Origin: a virus
IMG/VR virus record: IMGVR_UViG_3300042399_002267
Length of the DNA stretch: 64,000 bases
Direction: 5' to 3' (one strand)
The notes below the pieces were generated by a model. The model saw only the letters and a list, made by a program, of their open reading frames with translations, did not search any database and had not been told where the DNA came from. Positions 59,370-64,000 of this stretch are shown here, in pieces. The position numbers were made by a program, and so were the translations under genes. Every line of letters starts with the position of its first letter. The first letter of the stretch is position 1.

Positions 59370-59939
59370 AAAATCTTCTCCCAAGATAACTTTGATATTT
59401 CCCAAGGCTCTCTGCAATCTTTTAGAGAAAGAACTTTGGGAAATATTTAGCTTTAACGATGCTTCTTCTTGATCTAAACCTTCAAAAAAATAAAGCTCAA
59501 TTGCTTCTTTTTGTTTTTCATTTAACTTATTGATTGCAGAATGTAGTGAAATAACAGTTTCAATCCTGTTGAATGGATCAGTGGAATGTTCTTCAACAAC
59601 TACATCGCTTTCATAGTCAGCATGATCTAAATATTTATCGACACAAGATCTATATAAGTTGATATCTATTCTTGTTGATAAAAAATATGAGAAATAAGTA
59701 AGATTTGGATTGTACTGATCAACTATTTTTTTAAGAACTAATAAAGATTCTTGAAGCATATCTTCTCGATATGGTGACAATTTCAATTCTTTTTGAATAC
59801 ATCTTTGTATTGCACAAATAAATAATGGCTTGTAGAAATCATATAATTCTCCTAAAGCAGAGCCATCATTGTCTTTTACTTTTGAAATAAGTTCATTTAT
59901 ATATTCGTAGCGATCTTCATACACAAAAATTTTATACAC
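59358..59939 (-). CDS. sigma-70 family RNA polymerase sigma factor
   Basis: Region 2 (LYDFYKPL…EDMLQE…YNP…FSYF) and region 4 (INKLNEKQKEAIELYFFEGLDQEEASLKLNISQSSFSKRL). Confidence 0.85.
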   Translation of the reverse strand: MYKIFVYEDRYEYINELISKVKDNDGSALGELYDFYKPLFICAIQRCIQKELKLSPYREDMLQESLLVLKKIVDQYNPNLTYFSYFLSTRIDINLYRSCVDKYLDHADYESDVVVEEHSTDPFNRIETVISLHSAINKLNEKQKEAIELYFFEGLDQEEASLKLNISQSSFSKRLQRALGNIKVILGEDFLSF

Positions 59940-60936
59940 TAAGGATTTTATTAATCATCAAGAATAATGAATGATTTTTAGAGCCACTATTTCTCAAATC
60001 CTTAATTGTATATACTACTTGCTCAATCATGTATGCTATTTTAGCAACAGAAGGTGTTGTTTTACCCATCTGAATCTTTATTCGGATTGGATTCTGAGTT
60101 TTGATTATAAACTCACTAGGGACCCAATTTTCGCCCAAATATTTGCCTAATAAATCTTTACATTCTAAAATCTCTGCAACTTTATTAGCATCATAAATAT
60201 TTTTTTCTTTACAGTCTGAAACTACTAATAAAAAATATAGCTGTGAAAGCAAAATTAATAGCAAACCTTGTTCGCCAATTGCGCTGCATAGATTGTTGCA
60301 TGTATCGTACACATCTTCATTTTTATTAATCAAGTGATCAATAAATTCAAAAATATCAGTGTTGTTGTCAAAAAGAGAATTTTCAATGTCTTCAAGTTTT
60401 ACTTCATTCTTAACAGATGCATGCTTTCTAAGTTCTTGAAATAATAAATCAAGATCGTAAACAATTTTCTCTTTCTTATTGCCAGCAGTTTTAGATTTTA
60501 TTCTGTATGTTGGACAATTATTTATTATCCATTCATAACATGGCTGATCTATTTTTATATCTAAACTTTTTACTTCTTTGTAGCAACATCTTTTGAGAGA
60601 TTGAACATCGCCAAACATCGGAAAAGAATAATCAAATATTTTTCCAGATTTTTTTATTTTTGAAATAAAACTATTTCTACCATCAAAACTTTCATCATCG
60701 AAAAACAAATGGTATTGGTTGTTGTTCAGTTGTCCTATGATTTTTATTTGATCATTGCTTGGATTATCTACTAAAAATAGTTTGTCTGAATCGAAAAACT
60801 TAGAGTAATTCTTTATTTGAGATTCTAAATTGAAGACACTTACAATTGTATATCCAGGATGACTGCTAGACAACTGTTGTAATGCCATTGGCTTTGAACC
60901 AATAAAAATAGAACTCTCAGATAATACTACGCTCAT
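59932..60936 (-). CDS. holA: DNA polymerase III delta subunit-like (clamp loader)
   Basis: Size and position beside the beta clamp, LFQELRK…IENSL…DIFEFIDHLI pattern of the delta C-terminal domains. Divergent. Confidence 0.55.
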   Translation of the reverse strand: MSVVLSESSIFIGSKPMALQQLSSSHPGYTIVSVFNLESQIKNYSKFFDSDKLFLVDNPSNDQIKIIGQLNNNQYHLFFDDESFDGRNSFISKIKKSGKIFDYSFPMFGDVQSLKRCCYKEVKSLDIKIDQPCYEWIINNCPTYRIKSKTAGNKKEKIVYDLDLLFQELRKHASVKNEVKLEDIENSLFDNNTDIFEFIDHLINKNEDVYDTCNNLCSAIGEQGLLLILLSQLYFLLVVSDCKEKNIYDANKVAEILECKDLLGKYLGENWVPSEFIIKTQNPIRIKIQMGKTTPSVAKIAYMIEQVVYTIKDLRNSGSKNHSLFLMINKILSV

Positions 60937-60938
60937 AT

Positions 60939-62051
60939 CTACTCCATTGGGAACATTATATGATTGAAATTATCTGATTGCAAAATACATATTGTATATG
61001 AATTGAAATCATAAAATTTAGCACTTATATTTTCTTGATTTATGACTTCCAATATTTTCATAAAATGATTTGTAAGATAAGAAACATTCAAATCTTCTAA
61101 TTCTTCATCAAAAGTAATCTTGTCTGCTGCACCACCAGAAATATCACCTGAACTTGTTAAGATAATTTCTTTATTTTTAGTTGATAAATTAAACAAGTGA
61201 GAACCTGAAATATTGTTTATGAACTTCAAAGATTTTAGAAATTCACTTTTAGATACATCTATTGTTGTGATATATTTTGAATCAAAAAATCTCTTGAATC
61301 CATTATGAACACTTTGGTATGAGTTTACTTCAAGATTGGTGCAAAAATAATTACCATTATTACGGATAATTAGTTTGTTTTTATGTATTGAAAATTTTGA
61401 ATTACTGTCAACAAAGTTTAATGACAACTCAGCTTGATTTTTACTTAGTAAGAAGGACTGTTCATTTTCATATTTTTTGCCATAAACAGAAATTCTGTGC
61501 TTATCTGAAGATTGAGCGTTGAACTTATTTTCAGAAATAAAGAACATTATAGATGAATATGGGTGCTCTTCAAAATCTGGAGCACATGAAAATGATGTAA
61601 ACTTGATAGCATTATGAAAACTAGTTGAGTCATATTTTACGAAATCAATATTATCATTTATAAAAAATTCATTAGATATTTTATTTTCAAGGCTGTCTGC
61701 TTTTGATGTTTTTAACGATACTCTGGTTTTTTTGTTTCCAAAAACCAATTGATTGTCTGACTCAACGAATGCGAATTGAATTTCATCAGTTGGAAAGTTC
61801 GTAAATGCATTTGTAAAAATATTACAATCTATAGCAAAATCAATAAAATCATCATCAAAATCACATAGGTAAGTATATGCTGCAGAAACACCAGTACTTA
61901 GGTATATGAACAACTTATTGTCATGTGCATGAAAAATAAGACTATCGCCATTGATACTCTTATTTTCACGAGTTGATAATTTCAGTTTATCAATTTTATT
62001 GAATAACTGAAACTTCTCTAAGTGCTCAGACTTTTTAAGTTTAAATTTCAA
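60939..62051 (-). CDS. dnaN: DNA polymerase III beta sliding clamp
   Basis: 370 aa with a three-domain periodicity, SSDKHRIS (cf. ATDxHRL), YLTNHFMKIL and a C-terminal HIMFPM (cf. vvMPm). Confidence 0.75.
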   Translation of the reverse strand: MKFKLKKSEHLEKFQLFNKIDKLKLSTRENKSINGDSLIFHAHDNKLFIYLSTGVSAAYTYLCDFDDDFIDFAIDCNIFTNAFTNFPTDEIQFAFVESDNQLVFGNKKTRVSLKTSKADSLENKISNEFFINDNIDFVKYDSTSFHNAIKFTSFSCAPDFEEHPYSSIMFFISENKFNAQSSDKHRISVYGKKYENEQSFLLSKNQAELSLNFVDSNSKFSIHKNKLIIRNNGNYFCTNLEVNSYQSVHNGFKRFFDSKYITTIDVSKSEFLKSLKFINNISGSHLFNLSTKNKEIILTSSGDISGGAADKITFDEELEDLNVSYLTNHFMKILEVINQENISAKFYDFNSYTICILQSDNFNHIMFPME

Positions 62052-63043
62052 TGTAACTGCCCCTGGAATTCAATTTCAATACCTGGATTATATTTCGTAA
62101 TCTGATTCATAAGACAAAGCATAAATGAACCTTCATCATCAACAAAATGTAATTTACCATCTTGATACCAGTCCCAGCCATTTTCAATCTGAGCTAAAAC
62201 ATCCATTTTGTTTACAATTAATTTAGTGATTCCATTCATTTGGCAAGCAGTATTTACTTCATCAACATTTAGCCAATCTATTTGTCTTGGTCTACCAGTA
62301 GTGGCTCCATATTCTTGACCAACCTCACGCAGTTTTTCAAATCGCTCGTCGTGTTTTTGGTATCCTTTAGCTCCAACATAGGTAGAATAACATTTGATAA
62401 CCCCGACAACATTCCGAACTTGCTTAAAATTGAAACCATTATTTAATACTGCTCCTACTCCTGTATTTGACGATGTGACATAAGGATAATCGCCAAAGTC
62501 AACATCAAGCCAATAACCTTGAGCTCCTTCAGCTAAAAATTTCTTTGGGGAAGAATAAATCAAACTGTGCATATCAACAAGATATGGTTCTAATTCAGGA
62601 ACATCTTTGGCACGAATTCCAGTACGGGCATACTTGTCTCTGTAACAAGGTCCGTTTCCAGTGCGAGTTGTTCCAATTTTTGTGTCTTTGGAATCTTCGT
62701 CAATGTGTTCTTGGGTAATTATATGTGCGTTTTCTGCTATTTTAAGGATTGATGTGTCAAACCCAAATCCTTTAAGATACCCAAGTTCGTCAAATAATTT
62801 TTGCGTATTGATAACACAACCATTACCGATGACACTAGGAATACCATGCAGAATACCACAAGGAACAAGATGCGTAACAATTTTCTCTCCATTGAGGTAA
62901 ATTGTATGACCCGCATTTCCGCCTCCATTGAAACGGATAACGTAGTCATATTCACCAGATAAAGCCATTTGATTGGCTATTTTTCCTTTGCCTTCATCCC
63001 CATACTGCATACCGATAACTACATCAACAATTGAAGTTTCCAT
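62048..63043 (-). CDS. purA: adenylosuccinate synthetase (short form)
   Basis: QYGDEGKGK, GGGNAGHT, IGTT…GPCY, EGAQG, YPYVTSS, GATTGRPR, NKMD. Confidence 0.93.
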   Translation of the reverse strand: METSIVDVVIGMQYGDEGKGKIANQMALSGEYDYVIRFNGGGNAGHTIYLNGEKIVTHLVPCGILHGIPSVIGNGCVINTQKLFDELGYLKGFGFDTSILKIAENAHIITQEHIDEDSKDTKIGTTRTGNGPCYRDKYARTGIRAKDVPELEPYLVDMHSLIYSSPKKFLAEGAQGYWLDVDFGDYPYVTSSNTGVGAVLNNGFNFKQVRNVVGVIKCYSTYVGAKGYQKHDERFEKLREVGQEYGATTGRPRQIDWLNVDEVNTACQMNGITKLIVNKMDVLAQIENGWDWYQDGKLHFVDDEGSFMLCLMNQITKYNPGIEIEFQGQLH

Positions 63044-63049
63044 ACGCAC

Positions 63050-63078
63050 ATTCTACTTCATAGCAGAGATGTTAGCAA
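63050..63078 (-). promoter_or_regulatory. sigma70-type leaderless promoter TTGCTA-N17-TAGAAT-N6-ATG for purA
   Basis: -10 at 63055-63050, ATG at 63043, no SD. Confidence 0.6.
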
Positions 63079-63087
63079 GAGTTGTAT

Positions 63088-63759
63088 TTATTTTTTGTTC
63101 AGTGAATCGTTCTCATCCTTTTTGTATTGAGTGTACACTTCATTAGCTTTTTTACGAATTCTAGTAAGAGCATTATCAACACATTTGGGAGGAACATTTA
63201 ATGAATTTGAAATTTCTTTGTAAGATGAATTCATTCCATATTCATTGAAAATTTCAGCTTCTAAAGGAGTTAGTTTATCAATTAGTTTCTTGGAAGTTAA
63301 ATCATATTCTTCTCTTCCAATAATATCAAGAACTAAATCGCACTCAGGAGATTCATCATATGGATTTTTCTTTTCAGGAATAAAATCAGCCAAAGTTTGG
63401 AGATTTCCATCGTCACCTAAAATAATAGGTGCATCTAAAGAAATAGAATCATTCAACACTGAATTTTTCATTCTTTTAGCACTTGCGATTGCTGTTGCTA
63501 AATGACGTTTACAGACTAGATTGACACAAAAGTTTTTAAAAGTTGTATCTTTGGTTGGATCATAGGAATTAACAGCTTTGTAAACTCCCAACCGCAATTC
63601 TTGCATTACGTCTTCTCTATCAGCACCTACTATAAAGTAATGGTTGCAGATTTTTTTAAGATCAGGCTCAACCATTTTCAAGAGGTAATTAAAAGATTTA
63701 CTTTCTCCTCTTTTAGCTTTTCTAACGATGTCTACTATTCTTGGGTCTTCGGTTGCCAT
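63088..63759 (-). CDS. sigH: SigH (Spo0H)-like sigma factor
   Basis: YFIVGADREDVMQE…GVYKAVNSYD…TFKNF…KRHLATAIASAKRMKNSVLNDSISLDAPI…SYKEIS…KCVDNALTRIRKK is the SigH-family signature. Confidence 0.85.
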   Translation of the reverse strand: MATEDPRIVDIVRKAKRGESKSFNYLLKMVEPDLKKICNHYFIVGADREDVMQELRLGVYKAVNSYDPTKDTTFKNFCVNLVCKRHLATAIASAKRMKNSVLNDSISLDAPIILGDDGNLQTLADFIPEKKNPYDESPECDLVLDIIGREEYDLTSKKLIDKLTPLEAEIFNEYGMNSSYKEISNSLNVPPKCVDNALTRIRKKANEVYTQYKKDENDSLNKK

Positions 63760-63796
63760 TTTTTTCCCGAAGGCACTTTACTTTTTACAATACTAT

Positions 63797-64000
63797 TTAC
63801 GCAGAATTTTTTTTCGCGTACCAGTCGATTACTTTGAGAATTCCGGTAATTGCTACGATATCCTCAGAAACAGTTTGCCTTATATTACAAGATATGTTAT
63901 ACAACTGTTCCGTTAACTCAACTAAATAAGTACTAGGAACAGATTTGCTTATATTTTCAATCTCAACATCCTTGTCTACCTTCTTCATTCTTACCAATCT
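63797..64000 (-). CDS. 3' end of a gene cut by the window edge, possibly clamp-loader DnaX-like
   Basis: Helical C-terminus LVELTEQLYNISCNIRQTVSEDIVAITGILKVI resembles the DnaX collar, and it lies near holA/dnaN. Weak. Confidence 0.35.
   Translation of the reverse strand, partial: RLVRMKKVDKDVEIENISKSVPSTYLVELTEQLYNISCNIRQTVSEDIVAITGILKVIDWYAKKNSA

Noticed and set aside
62048-63043. PurZ (2-aminoadenine Z-genome pathway)
   Set aside because: It has canonical PurA GDEGKG (catalytic Asp) and GATTGR motifs, not the PurZ GSTGKG-type signature.
20750-63997. '+' strand labels in the supplied ORF track for most genes in 20750-33316, 34381-56572 and 59358-63997
   Set aside because: The start codons read as CAT/CAC/CAA at the high coordinate (e.g. 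22555-22557, 35233-35235), so these genes are on the minus strand. Strands were corrected.
1-64000. tRNA, rRNA, CRISPR arrays, integrase/transposase, reverse transcriptase/DGR
   Set aside because: Intergenic gaps are short and contain no cloverleaf or spaced repeat arrays, and no such protein motifs were seen.
1-64000. Stop-codon reassignment (alternative genetic code)
   Set aside because: Genes are full-length and tightly packed in code 11, and TAA, TAG and TGA are all used as stops.

Overview
This is an AT-rich segment of a large tailed dsDNA phage genome (Caudoviricetes, probably well over 64 kb), read in standard code 11. It is not a bacterial chromosome. The supplied ORF track mislabels strands: nearly all real genes in 20750-33316, 34381-56407 and 59358-63997 are on the MINUS strand, which I checked by reading start codons in the sequence. 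Layout: (1) 1-5.7 kb (+): glycosyltransferase-like genes, an RNA ligase and small proteins. (2) 5.7-20.8 kb (+): neck/tail module with a degenerate PHP protein, gp36-like adaptor, tail completion protein, three large virion proteins, tube-like proteins and chaperones. (3) 20.7-34.3 kb: a 16-gene NDP-sugar and glycosyltransferase island (RfbH/DdhC, dehydratase, C-methyltransferase, two ThDP enzyme pairs, HddA-like kinase) wedged between the tail and capsid genes. (4) 34.4-56.4 kb (-): head/packaging operon with terS-like, terL, about 9 unknown proteins plus glf, a portal fused to a DUF559 nuclease, a 1394-aa prohead protease, scaffold, decoration protein and a 284-aa HK97-type MCP. (5) 56.6-59.4 kb (+): a large HExxH protein. 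(6) 59.4-64 kb (-): two sigma factors (one SigH-like), Pol III delta and beta, and PurA. Best leads: a shared [KR]-[TIVL]-A cleavage-like motif and an ExxL..R motif across head proteins, suggesting a protease-processed capsid cargo system that may release the portal-fused nuclease; a branched-chain dideoxysugar pathway for possible virion glycosylation; and two promoter classes (SigH-like AGGT-N16-YAGAA before virion genes, leaderless sigma70 promoters before metabolic genes). All family assignments come from motif recognition by eye; no database search was run.
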